Source: Methanococcus maripaludis
Lineage (GTDB): Archaea > AGJL01 > Methanococci > Methanococcales > Methanococcaceae
Assembly: GCF_002945325.1 (NCBI RefSeq)
Contig: NZ_CP026606.1
Coordinates: 690,001 to 722,000 of the forward strand
Direction of reading: 5' to 3'
DNA: 32,000 nucleotides
The position numbers were made by a program, and so were the translations under genes. Under the pieces are notes generated by a model. That model saw only the letters and a program-made list of their open reading frames with translations, did no database searches and was not told where the DNA came from. Shown piece after piece: positions 23,710 to 32,000 of the stretch. Numbering within the stretch: position 1 is the first letter of the stretch; each line of letters starts with the position of its first letter.

Positions 23710-25170
23710 TTAATCCTGTCCAGCAGGTTCTTCTTCTTCGATACCCATGGTTTCAAATATTTTCGCTTGAATTGCTTCTTCCACGAGTTTTCTCAAAGAC
23801 TGTTTATCTGAAACAGATTGGAAGATACCAAGTTCAACACTCGCTGCTGCGGAAGATTGATGGCCTCCCCCGCCAAACGCGGTTTTCATGATATTTCCGA
23901 CATCTACTCTCAAATCTTTTGTCCTTGAACTTATATGGATTTCATTTTCAGCAATTCCAAAAATATAAGTCGTGCTTATTCCTTCCATTTTAAGCAAAAA
24001 CTCTGCCGCTCTTGGTAGGGCATCTCTATTTTTTAATGTTCCGACATATGAAAGTGCAAGATTTCCTTTTATGATTTTTCTATTCATTATCGCTTTTCCA
24101 AGGATTTCCATGGTTTCTGTATCCATTTCTGGATTTTCGATCATTTCCAAAACTTTTGGATCCATTAAACCCTGTAAATAACTTGCAGCTTCGAAATCTT
24201 TTTTAGACGTTTTTCTCTTGAAATAGTTTGTATCTGAGGTTATCGCATAGTATAATGCAGTTGCCAAATCCCTATTCGGAGTTATATCGAGCCCCAGCAA
24301 ATAATTGGTTAAAATAGTAGCTGTTGCACCGATTTCAGGCATTATATCCATGTACTTTGCAACAATATCGCTGTCATTGTGGTGGTCGATTATTACAGCC
24401 AATTTTGAACCTTCAATATCAATTGGAAGAGTTTTTGCGCTGGATGAATCAACTACTGCAATAGAACAGTACCGAGATAAATTTATATCATCAATCTGGT
24501 TTAATTTTATACTTAATAAGTTTACCATGGCTTTATTTTCATCATAACCTATTTTTCCGCCATAAGCAATCTCAGAATTAACCCCCCATTTATCAAAAAT
24601 AGTTTTCAATGCCATTGCACTTGCCATTGCATCTGGGTCGGGGTTTCTGTGCATCAATATTAAAAAAGGAGCTTTGTGGTTTTCCTGTGTTTCGTCTTCT
24701 TTTTCGGAGTAATGTTCGTTAAAAGACTTTTTAGCGTTATTTGCAACTTCTTTTAATTCAGCTAATTTTCTCCTCAATTTTGATTTTTCTATTTCGTTTA
24801 CCGCATCTTTTGCTGCACTTTCAAGAGGATATATAATTTTATTTATGTCTAAACCGTTGTATAATTCAGGGTATTTTATTATGCCCCTTGCAATGATATA
24901 AGCTTTTGAATTTAGTTCTGAAGTTATTTCTACAATTTTCCTGTTTAATTCGTAATCGTTTGTGAGAACTAAAAGCGTATCTGCCTCTTTTACTTTAGCT
25001 CTTTCTAAAACATCTAATTCGGAAGCATCACCAATTACATAATTGAAATCTCCATTTTCAAGAGATTCGAAAACAGCTTCATTTTTATCTATTACGGTTA
25101 CTTTATCAATATTTTTAGCGTTATTCACAACCTTACGCCCTAAAGAACCATAGCCTATGACTAAAATCAT
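23710..25170 (-). CDS. TrkA-N (RCK/NAD-binding) domain fused to a DHH-DHHA1 phosphoesterase (NrnA/RecJ-like)
   Basis: N-terminal Rossmann MILVIGYGSLGRKV. DHH motifs HRNPDPDAMAS (I), VVDSS (II), IIDHH (III) and ITSDTNYF (IV). DHHA1 motif GGGGHQSSAAAS. SD GGAGGC. Confidence 0.82.
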   Translation of the reverse strand: MILVIGYGSLGRKVVNNAKNIDKVTVIDKNEAVFESLENGDFNYVIGDASELDVLERAKVKEADTLLVLTNDYELNRKIVEITSELNSKAYIIARGIIKYPELYNGLDINKIIYPLESAAKDAVNEIEKSKLRRKLAELKEVANNAKKSFNEHYSEKEDETQENHKAPFLILMHRNPDPDAMASAMALKTIFDKWGVNSEIAYGGKIGYDENKAMVNLLSIKLNQIDDINLSRYCSIAVVDSSSAKTLPIDIEGSKLAVIIDHHNDSDIVAKYMDIMPEIGATATILTNYLLGLDITPNRDLATALYYAITSDTNYFKRKTSKKDFEAASYLQGLMDPKVLEMIENPEMDTETMEILGKAIMNRKIIKGNLALSYVGTLKNRDALPRAAEFLLKMEGISTTYIFGIAENEIHISSRTKDLRVDVGNIMKTAFGGGGHQSSAAASVELGIFQSVSDKQSLRKLVEEAIQAKIFETMGIEEEEPAGQD

Positions 25171-25304
25171 GTTATGCCTCCGAAAGAGAAAATTATTAAG
25201 TTAAGTTAAATTTGAAAATTCCGAATAGTAGTCCATAACTACATTTAACGTAATGAGTATATATTGTTGATGTTTCGTCATTTGTATAAATGCGGTTTAA
25301 TGGA

Positions 25305-27101
25305 CTACATTCCCCAAAATATGTTATTTTCGATCTTCTGTTTCAATTCCATGTATCTTGAAAGAGCTTCTTTTTCATCACCCCTCAATTCATCCTTGAA
25401 TTCGTGGTGTAATTTCCTTGCTTCGGGTTCTGGTACTTCGACATAGAGTATATCGTTTTCTTTTGCATTTCTACCAAGAACTATATTTCCATCGATTGAA
25501 ACAGGAACCTGCATACCAACTTTTGCTTCTTTTATATTTTCCTGCTGGTTGTCCCTCATTTCCTTAACATATCCGAGTTTTTTTCCATCTTCAGACATTA
25601 TAGGACTTCCAATTTTTAAAGTACCATATAATACTTCAACACCACATACTGCAGGCTCTTTCTGTCTAAAGATACAGTTTGGAAGGATTTTAATCATTGC
25701 TGGTTTTGTCAATCTGTTTATTTCATCAGATTTCATTAATTCTTCCATTTCTTTTGTCCATTCTTCGTGTTCTTCGACTAATTTATAGATAATTTTTCCT
25801 TCAAGCAATTTAACGTCTGATTTTTCGATTTCTGCTTTTGCATCGGCCAATACTTTTGTGTTAAATGAAATAATAAGCCCGTTTAAAGGATTCGTTGAAG
25901 CATATGATGAAGCTTCGATAACATCTTTTTTAGAGATGTCCCCAACTTCTGCTTTTTTGATTTTGGCATTTACTTTTCGAAGTTCATTTGCAAGAGCTTC
26001 CAATGAACCCATAGTATCTGCTTTAATGATTATTCCTTCGTCATCTGTTAGAATTGTAAATTCTTCAACTTCTTCAAGAACTTCTTCTTTTGCAGCTTCA
26101 ACCTGATTTTTTGGAACAATTCTTAAAGGGCTTCCTGCAATAACACTATCCAAATCAGGTGCAGATATTTTAACACCTGTTGCCGCAGAAATCTGTTTTG
26201 AAGGCTTGAATTTATCTTTTGGATCCCTCATTTCGTCGAGTTCTTTTGGTTTTAAAAGTGCCTTGATTTTTGATACAAGAACGCCGTCAGGATTTCCAAC
26301 AACTAAAAAATCGCCAGTTTTTGCAATTCCATCGTAAATTATTGCATCAATTGTTTTTCCAAGCCCTTTTTCTTCTTTTAATTCCAAAACTGTACCTTTT
26401 GCATAACCTTCAACGTTTAAAGCCAGTTTTTGTTCTAAAAATCTCTGTGCCAGTCCTGAAATTATAACAAGTAAATCTGGAACTCCTTCGCCAGTCATTG
26501 CAGATACTGGAACCACATTTATCGTTTTTGTAGTATCTTTAACTCTTGAAAACAAATCTGCATCAAATCCAAGTTCATTTAAGTGTTTTATAACATTTTC
26601 ATAGAGCCTTATTTCAAACTCAGTCATTGCATTTGGGTGCTGATTTTTTTCGTTGAAATTTAAAATAAATGGACCTTCGCTTGAATTCCAACCTGGAATC
26701 CTATCCACTTTATTTGCAGCAACTACGAAAGGTGTTTTGCACTGCTTCAAAATATTTATCGCTTCAATTGTTTGAGGTTTAAATCCTTCATTTATATCCA
26801 CAACAAGTATTGCAATGTCTGCTAAAGCACCCCCTCTTTTCCTAAGGGAAGTAAATGCTTCGTGTCCTGGCGTATCTATAACCAAAATTCCAGGAATAGA
26901 TAAATCTGCCTTAAATAATCCTAAAAGGTCCTTTGAAACTTTTTTTATGGTATTTATCGGTATTTCACTTGCACCGATATGTTGAGTGATTCCCCCAGCC
27001 TCTCTCTGAGTAACCCTTGTTCTTCTAATTTTATCTAAAAGGGAAGTTTTTCCGTGATCAACGTGACCGAGAACACTCACAATCGGACATCTTAATGCCA
27101 T
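25305..27101 (-). CDS. infB: translation initiation factor aIF5B (IF-2)
   Basis: GTPase motifs VLGHVDHGKTSLLD, DTPGHEAF and NKVD. 598 aa from ATG 27101 (SD GGTGA). The G domain is contiguous, so there is no intein. Confidence 0.95.
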   Translation of the reverse strand: MALRCPIVSVLGHVDHGKTSLLDKIRRTRVTQREAGGITQHIGASEIPINTIKKVSKDLLGLFKADLSIPGILVIDTPGHEAFTSLRKRGGALADIAILVVDINEGFKPQTIEAINILKQCKTPFVVAANKVDRIPGWNSSEGPFILNFNEKNQHPNAMTEFEIRLYENVIKHLNELGFDADLFSRVKDTTKTINVVPVSAMTGEGVPDLLVIISGLAQRFLEQKLALNVEGYAKGTVLELKEEKGLGKTIDAIIYDGIAKTGDFLVVGNPDGVLVSKIKALLKPKELDEMRDPKDKFKPSKQISAATGVKISAPDLDSVIAGSPLRIVPKNQVEAAKEEVLEEVEEFTILTDDEGIIIKADTMGSLEALANELRKVNAKIKKAEVGDISKKDVIEASSYASTNPLNGLIISFNTKVLADAKAEIEKSDVKLLEGKIIYKLVEEHEEWTKEMEELMKSDEINRLTKPAMIKILPNCIFRQKEPAVCGVEVLYGTLKIGSPIMSEDGKKLGYVKEMRDNQQENIKEAKVGMQVPVSIDGNIVLGRNAKENDILYVEVPEPEARKLHHEFKDELRGDEKEALSRYMELKQKIENNIFWGM

Positions 27102-27260
27102 AAAAATCACCAGTTAATATTAATTTCTAAAATCTGTGTTTCATCCAAGTACAAATTATAAAGTTGATAAAAATCCGAAACAGAAGTTAGTAATCTAAAT
27201 ATTATATAGTTTACTAACAAACTTGAAAATAAAAAATGGTTAAATACTGTTATTTAAAAA

Positions 27261-27680
27261 TTATATTCCAAAAAATAAATCTATTTCACGTTCTGCACTT
27301 TCTAAACTGTCTGACGCATGAATTATATTTGCAGGAGTGTATAGTCCAAAATCTCCGCGAATAGTTCCAGGTTCTGCATCGCACGGACAAGTATTTCCAA
27401 GCATTTTCCTAACAGTTGAAATTGCGCGCTCTCCTTTAATAACCATTGCAACTATTCTGCCCGAAGTCATGAACTTTATCAATATTTCGTAAAACTCTTT
27501 TCCTTTGTGTTCACCGTAATATTCTTCTGCCATTTTTCCAGTGAGAGTCAGCATTCTCATTTCAACGATTTCAAATCCCCTATCTTCAAATCTTTGAATT
27601 ACCCGTCCAACAAGCTTTCTTTCAACGGTATCCGGCTTTAATGCCACAAATGTTCTTTCCACTTCGTTTTCACAGACCAT
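27261..27680 (-). CDS. ndk: nucleoside diphosphate kinase
   Basis: ERTFVALKPD and the active-site context NIIHASDS. SD GGGGGA. Confidence 0.93.
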   Translation of the reverse strand: MVCENEVERTFVALKPDTVERKLVGRVIQRFEDRGFEIVEMRMLTLTGKMAEEYYGEHKGKEFYEILIKFMTSGRIVAMVIKGERAISTVRKMLGNTCPCDAEPGTIRGDFGLYTPANIIHASDSLESAEREIDLFFGI

Positions 27681-27879
27681 ATTATCCCCCGATTTTTAAT
27701 TTTATTTTAATTTTAATTTTCTTAAAGTATTATTTATTTTGGTTGTAGTTAAAAGTATACTAATTATTTATAAAAACTAAAATTTAAGATTAGAAATATT
27801 AAAATAAAAGATAAAAACATCATATGTAAAAACCATTGATTAATTTTATTTAGATCGTTAAAAATAAAACGGTGATTAA

Positions 27880-28356
27880 GTGATAACGATAATTATGGGA
27901 AGTAAAAGCGATGTAAAAATTGCAGAAAAGGCAGTTTCTATTTTAAAAGAATTTGAAATTGATTATGAGGTAAGAGTGGCTTCAGCACACAGAACCCCCG
28001 AATTAGTCGAAAAAATTGTTAAAAATTCAAAATCAAAAGTATTTATCGCAATTGCAGGACTTGCAGCGCATTTACCAGGAGTTGTTGCAGCAATGACTAC
28101 AAAACCTGTTATTGCAGTCCCTGTTGAAAGTAAACTGGATGGACTCGATGCACTTTTAAGCGCTGTTCAGATGCCTCCAGGAATTCCTGCAGCTTGTGTT
28201 GGAATTGATAGGGGGGAAAATGCCGCAATTTTAGCTGCTGAAATGCTCTCCATTTCTGATGAAAGAATTGAAAAAAAATTAGCTGAATTTAGAGAAAATC
28301 AGAAAGAAAAAATATTTTCAGATGATTTAGAAGTTTCTTCACTTTTTAAAAACTAA
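27880..28356 (+). CDS. purE: N5-carboxyaminoimidazole ribonucleotide mutase (PurE)
   Basis: IIMGSKSD and [13 protein letters not shown] motifs. A GTG start (SD GGTGA 4-5 nt upstream) is needed to keep the conserved first beta-strand. Confidence 0.9.
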   Translation: MITIIMGSKSDVKIAEKAVSILKEFEIDYEVRVASAHRTPELVEKIVKNSKSKVFIAIAGLAAHLPGVVAAMTTKPVIAVPVESKLDGLDALLSAVQMPPGIPAACVGIDRGENAAILAAEMLSISDERIEKKLAEFRENQKEKIFSDDLEVSSLFKN

Positions 28357-28357
28357 A

Positions 28358-30250
28358 TTAAAATTCTACGTAAATATCTTTTCCTTTTTTCATGGCGCTT
28401 GCCAGATCTTTTCCGATTGCAGTTTTTTTACTGATATTTACCGTACCGTTTGAACTGACTGTTGCAGTGCACGCGTACTCCCCATCAATGTAAATCTTAA
28501 TATTTGCACCGATATAATCTTCTCCAAGTTCAACAATAACGTGTTTTCCAGTTTGACTCAGTTTTGTTGATTCATAATCATTTATAAATTCGTAAGTTTC
28601 AAAATCTTTTTCATTTTCTACGAATTCATCTTTTTCCCCGACACTTATTCTTAAACCAGTTATTTCTTCGAGTTTCGAGATTTCTTTTCCGCCTTTTCCA
28701 ATTATTGCAGGAATGAACTTTTCTAAAACTTTTACTTCAACAGTATCTTTGTTTACAACCCTAATATCCGGCCTTGATTTTTTTGGAAGGTGTTTTTTCA
28801 AAACTTCTGAAATTTTTTCTTCTGCGTATGCTAAAACAGCCCCTCTTGATTCAGTAGTTTCTTTTATCGGCATTACTACAACTTGTTCCCCGTAGGTATA
28901 TATTTCATATTCGGGGGTTTTTGTTAAAAAGTCGACTACTTCAATTACAGGTCTTGCAAGGTCTGCTTCTTTCATTCCATGCGGAACTTTAACATTAAAT
29001 TCCACTTCATAGACTTTTCCAATCTTACCATTTTCAATAAAAACTACAGTATCAACAATTTGTGGAATTATTCCAAGTTCAACTCTTCCAATAAGCCTTT
29101 GAATTGAATCTATTGCTTTTGAAGCGTGAACTACACCAACCATTCCAACTCCGGCCATCCTCATGTCCGCAAAAATCTCAAAATCCTTTGTTTTACGAAC
29201 TTCATCGTATATCGTGTAGTCGGGCCTTACCAAAAGTAAAATATCGCAAGTTTTTTCCATGCTTCCTTCAAGCGGTGCGTACTGCGTAATTTCCTCATCA
29301 ACTTGCAAATCACGTGGACTTTCCATTGTTTTTACGATTTTATCCATATTTTTGTATCTTTCAGCAAGTGCTGAAACGAATGTAGATTTACCGCTTCCGG
29401 GAGCTCCTGAAACAAAAATACCTTCTGCACTATCCAATCGTACTTTTAAGTCTTCAGAAAGGTTGTAATCTTCCAAAGAAACTTTTGTAATTGGCCTAAC
29501 TGCAGTAACTTCTAAAGCTTCTGAGAAAGGAGGTCTTGCAATAGAAATCCTTAAATTTCCAAGCTGAATTACAGTTGCTCCCCTTCGTTCAATTTCTACA
29601 AGTCCGTGATTTTGCTCAGTATATTTTAAAATATTGTCGATTATTACTTTTATTTCAGTTCTATTCATTATTTCGTCAGCAAATGGAATCAGTCTAACTT
29701 TTCCAGGTCTTCCTTTTTTAACATAGGGTAAACAGTTTTCTTTTAAGTGAACTGAACTTGTAATTTCATCAAAATATTCAATTAATTTTAAATCTACCTT
29801 TTCTTCATGAACTTTTAAGAAATGTGCACTGATATTTTGAGCAATTGCCAGATTGTACTGGATTTTGTCACTTGTAAAAAGTATCGAATCTGTATCTTTT
29901 GCAACTTTTCTAATCATTGCATCTATTTCACCTGCTCTTGCAAGCGAAACTTCGCCGGTTGAAGGTCTTTCTCCATAATACTCGAGTAATATCTCATTTT
30001 CTTTTGCAACAGTTACAAGTTTTTTTAATTCTTCAATTCCAAAATAGCCAATTTCCCGCCCTTTATTTGCTTGCGCTTCTAATTCAGAAATTACTGCTTC
30101 TGGAACAATTATTTTACATTTTTCAATTCTGCCGTCAAGTATTAATTCTGTAATTCTACCATCAATAACCACGCAGGTGTCTACAGTAATTTTACATTCC
30201 TTAAACTTTTTATTTTCATTTAAATTTTGATTAATCTCTTCGATAGACAT
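28358..30250 (-). CDS. PIN domain - PilT-like ATPase - KH domain fusion protein (COG1855-type, function unknown)
   Basis: N-terminal PIN-like segment ([15 protein letters not shown]). Walker [19 protein letters not shown] motif [17 protein letters not shown]. Extra C-terminal beta-rich tail. SD GGTGAG. Confidence 0.78.
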   Translation of the reverse strand: MSIEEINQNLNENKKFKECKITVDTCVVIDGRITELILDGRIEKCKIIVPEAVISELEAQANKGREIGYFGIEELKKLVTVAKENEILLEYYGERPSTGEVSLARAGEIDAMIRKVAKDTDSILFTSDKIQYNLAIAQNISAHFLKVHEEKVDLKLIEYFDEITSSVHLKENCLPYVKKGRPGKVRLIPFADEIMNRTEIKVIIDNILKYTEQNHGLVEIERRGATVIQLGNLRISIARPPFSEALEVTAVRPITKVSLEDYNLSEDLKVRLDSAEGIFVSGAPGSGKSTFVSALAERYKNMDKIVKTMESPRDLQVDEEITQYAPLEGSMEKTCDILLLVRPDYTIYDEVRKTKDFEIFADMRMAGVGMVGVVHASKAIDSIQRLIGRVELGIIPQIVDTVVFIENGKIGKVYEVEFNVKVPHGMKEADLARPVIEVVDFLTKTPEYEIYTYGEQVVVMPIKETTESRGAVLAYAEEKISEVLKKHLPKKSRPDIRVVNKDTVEVKVLEKFIPAIIGKGGKEISKLEEITGLRISVGEKDEFVENEKDFETYEFINDYESTKLSQTGKHVIVELGEDYIGANIKIYIDGEYACTATVSSNGTVNISKKTAIGKDLASAMKKGKDIYVEF

Positions 30251-30310
30251 AGTCTCACCATAAAAACGATAAAAAATATTTAAAATTTAAAAAATAAGTT
30301 AAATTAAATA

Positions 30311-30709
30311 TTAATCTAATTTAGTCCCAATAACGGTAGAATCTCCAGTATTTAAATCAATCTTGTTGTGAAAACACGACATATATCCTTCATGACAGGC
30401 CCATCCGGTCTGTTCAACCGTGAAAAGAAGTGCATCTCCGTCACAATCCCGATATACATCTATTATTTTTTGGACGTTTTTGCTTTCTTCGCCCTTTTTC
30501 CAGATTTTATCCCTGCTTGTAGAGTAGTAGTGCATATATCCTGTTTCAATTGATTTTTCTAATGATTCTTCGCTCATAAATGCAGTCATTAAAACATTTT
30601 TTTGTTTATCTGTCGAAATTGCCATCAACAGCTTTTTTCCGTCGATATTTCTAAATTTCAAATCCATATTTTTTATAATTTCTTTTATATTTTTGTCCAT
30701 TTTTTCCAC
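30311..30709 (-). CDS. hisI: phosphoribosyl-AMP cyclohydrolase
   Basis: Motifs [28 protein letters not shown] and [13 protein letters not shown]. The start is either GTG 30709 or ATG 30700. Confidence 0.88.
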   Translation of the reverse strand: MEKMDKNIKEIIKNMDLKFRNIDGKKLLMAISTDKQKNVLMTAFMSEESLEKSIETGYMHYYSTSRDKIWKKGEESKNVQKIIDVYRDCDGDALLFTVEQTGWACHEGYMSCFHNKIDLNTGDSTVIGTKLD

Positions 30710-30720
30710 AGATGTTTTAA

Positions 30721-31698
30721 CTATTTTATTATTTCATATCCTGAATTATTTGCTTTTGTAGATATAATCTCGCCTTCAATTCCAAATTTATCGAAAAATT
30801 CATTGGAAATTTCAGTTATTGTATCTTTATCCCCTAAAGAATAAATTGTTGGACCAAAACTTGAAATTCCACTGTATGAAACTTCTTGAAGCTTTGATAA
30901 TAATCCTTTTAAACTTTCTTTTTGAAGTCCAACTTCTGCACGTTTGAATCCTAAATTTTGAAGTTCATTTACAACTTTTCCAAATGAATCAAAGTCTTTT
31001 TCGATAACTGCGGGCATCATTTTCATTAAAACTAGCCTGCATATTTTTTGAACGTCTTCGGTTGGAACTGGACAGAATTTTCTAAATATGTCAACTTCCC
31101 TGTCTCCACAGACCTGTTCTCCTTTTGGAATTGTTAAAACAATATCCCAGTCAAAATCGTGTCGGAATAGTACAGGAGAGGGTTTTACATCCTTTGATGC
31201 TGAGGAAGGCCTAAAATCAATTTTATCTTTTCCTTCACCAAAAGTATGGCCCCCATCAACAATGAATCCGCCAGTTTCAAAAGCTGCCACACCAATTCCT
31301 GAAGTTCCGCCCCTTCCAGTAATTTTTGCCAGTGTTTCTGCGTTTAAATCTACGCCATAAACTAATGAAGTAATTTTTCCAGTAGAAAGTGAAACTTGTG
31401 TTCCACTTCCAAGTCCAGAATGGGATAAAATCGCGTCATTTACTTTTAAACTTATTCCACTTTCCCCAATAACATCTAAAACATTTTTCGCCGCATTTTT
31501 AATTCTTGATTCCAAATTTTCTTTATCTTTCTCATAAATTTCAATTCTAAAATCTATTTCTATCTCGCTACTTTCTTTTCCTTCAATTTGAAAATTAGGG
31601 TAATCCAGAGCAACTCCCACTCCACCATCAACCCTTCCAATTTCTCCGTTTAAATCAATTAATCCCATATGTATTCTGGAAGGAGAATTCAACTTCAT
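30721..31698 (-). CDS. mptG: beta-ribofuranosylaminobenzene 5'-phosphate (beta-RFAP) synthase, methanopterin biosynthesis, GHMP-kinase fold
   Basis: The N-terminus [26 protein letters not shown] and HSGLGSGTQ (GHMP motif 2) match the MJ1427 family from memory. SD AAGGTGA. Confidence 0.8.
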   Translation of the reverse strand: MKLNSPSRIHMGLIDLNGEIGRVDGGVGVALDYPNFQIEGKESSEIEIDFRIEIYEKDKENLESRIKNAAKNVLDVIGESGISLKVNDAILSHSGLGSGTQVSLSTGKITSLVYGVDLNAETLAKITGRGGTSGIGVAAFETGGFIVDGGHTFGEGKDKIDFRPSSASKDVKPSPVLFRHDFDWDIVLTIPKGEQVCGDREVDIFRKFCPVPTEDVQKICRLVLMKMMPAVIEKDFDSFGKVVNELQNLGFKRAEVGLQKESLKGLLSKLQEVSYSGISSFGPTIYSLGDKDTITEISNEFFDKFGIEGEIISTKANNSGYEIIK

Positions 31699-31710
31699 TA
31701 AACTTCACCT

Positions 31711-32000
31711 TTAAATCATTGCCTCTATCAAGTCGCCCCTTGTTACAATCCCAACCAATTTCTCGCCTTCAACTACAGGTAATCTTTTTATTTTATTTTT
31801 TACCATTACTTCTGCTGCATTCGTTATCGGGGTTTCTGAAGATACACTGACTACTTTTTCAGACATTGCTTCAAAAACTTCTGTTCTTAATGCATTTTCC
31901 ATGTCTCCCTTAAATTCTTCAATTTTTATCGCAGTTTTTAACGGTAACTCAATTAAATCAAAAGGAGATGGAAGCACTAAACTAAACCTATCGTCATGTG
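31711..32000 (-). CDS. CBS-domain protein, C-terminal part (5' end beyond the window)
   Basis: The frame stays open to the window edge, and the track start 31977 is an internal GTG. CBS signature KIKRLPVVEGEKLVGIVTRGDLIEAM. Confidence 0.75.
   Translation of the reverse strand, partial: HDDRFSLVLPSPFDLIELPLKTAIKIEEFKGDMENALRTEVFEAMSEKVVSVSSETPITNAAEVMVKNKIKRLPVVEGEKLVGIVTRGDLIEAMI

Noticed and set aside
25305-27101. Intein in aIF5B, since some Methanococcales orthologues carry one.
   Set aside because: The protein is 598 aa with the GTPase motifs G1-G4 contiguous, so there is no insertion.
27681-27879. Phased TTTTAA/TTTTAT runs (27692-27720) in the ndk/purE divergent spacer, considered as a special repeat.
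   Set aside because: This is a short, low-complexity A/T tract typical of AT-rich promoter regions. There is no evidence beyond possible intrinsic DNA curvature.

Overview
AT-rich (about one-third G+C by eye) archaeal chromosome segment. Gene content points to a Methanococcus-type methanogen (Methanococcales): beta-RFAP synthase for methanopterin, HypA/HypD, Taw3, aIF2-beta, aIF5B, L15e, NAC, NMD3 and several 2-oxoacid:ferredoxin oxidoreductases. GGTGA/GGAGG Shine-Dalgarno boxes sit 4-9 nt before most starts. I call about 43 protein genes, tightly packed, almost all housekeeping or conserved-unknown. I found no rRNA, tRNA, CRISPR array, cas gene, transposase, integrase or recognisable defence island. 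The clearest unexplained signal is a 936-bp gene-free spacer (12119-13054) in otherwise compact DNA. It holds two paralogous, hairpin-forming elements around a GGGGATTT(T)AAC core, with related blocks upstream of three neighbouring minus-strand transcription units. These are candidate novel small RNAs or cis elements, and I cannot assign them to a known family. Other points worth a second look: (1) a 45-aa rubredoxin gene missed by the ORF track, next to the 8-oxoG glycosylase AGOG; (2) an 8-blade PQQ-like beta-propeller gene containing 74-nt and 58-nt perfect internal DNA repeats; (3) a tight four-gene cluster of TrkA-N-DHH/DHHA1 phosphoesterase, MJ1316/DUF504, CBS-ParB/Srx and DUF1624; (4) a PIN-PilT ATPase-KH fusion; (5) a GC-rich leader of at least 100 nt on rpl15e; (6) several TTG/GTG starts backed by strong SD boxes. 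All functional calls rest on motif recognition by eye, since no database search was possible.
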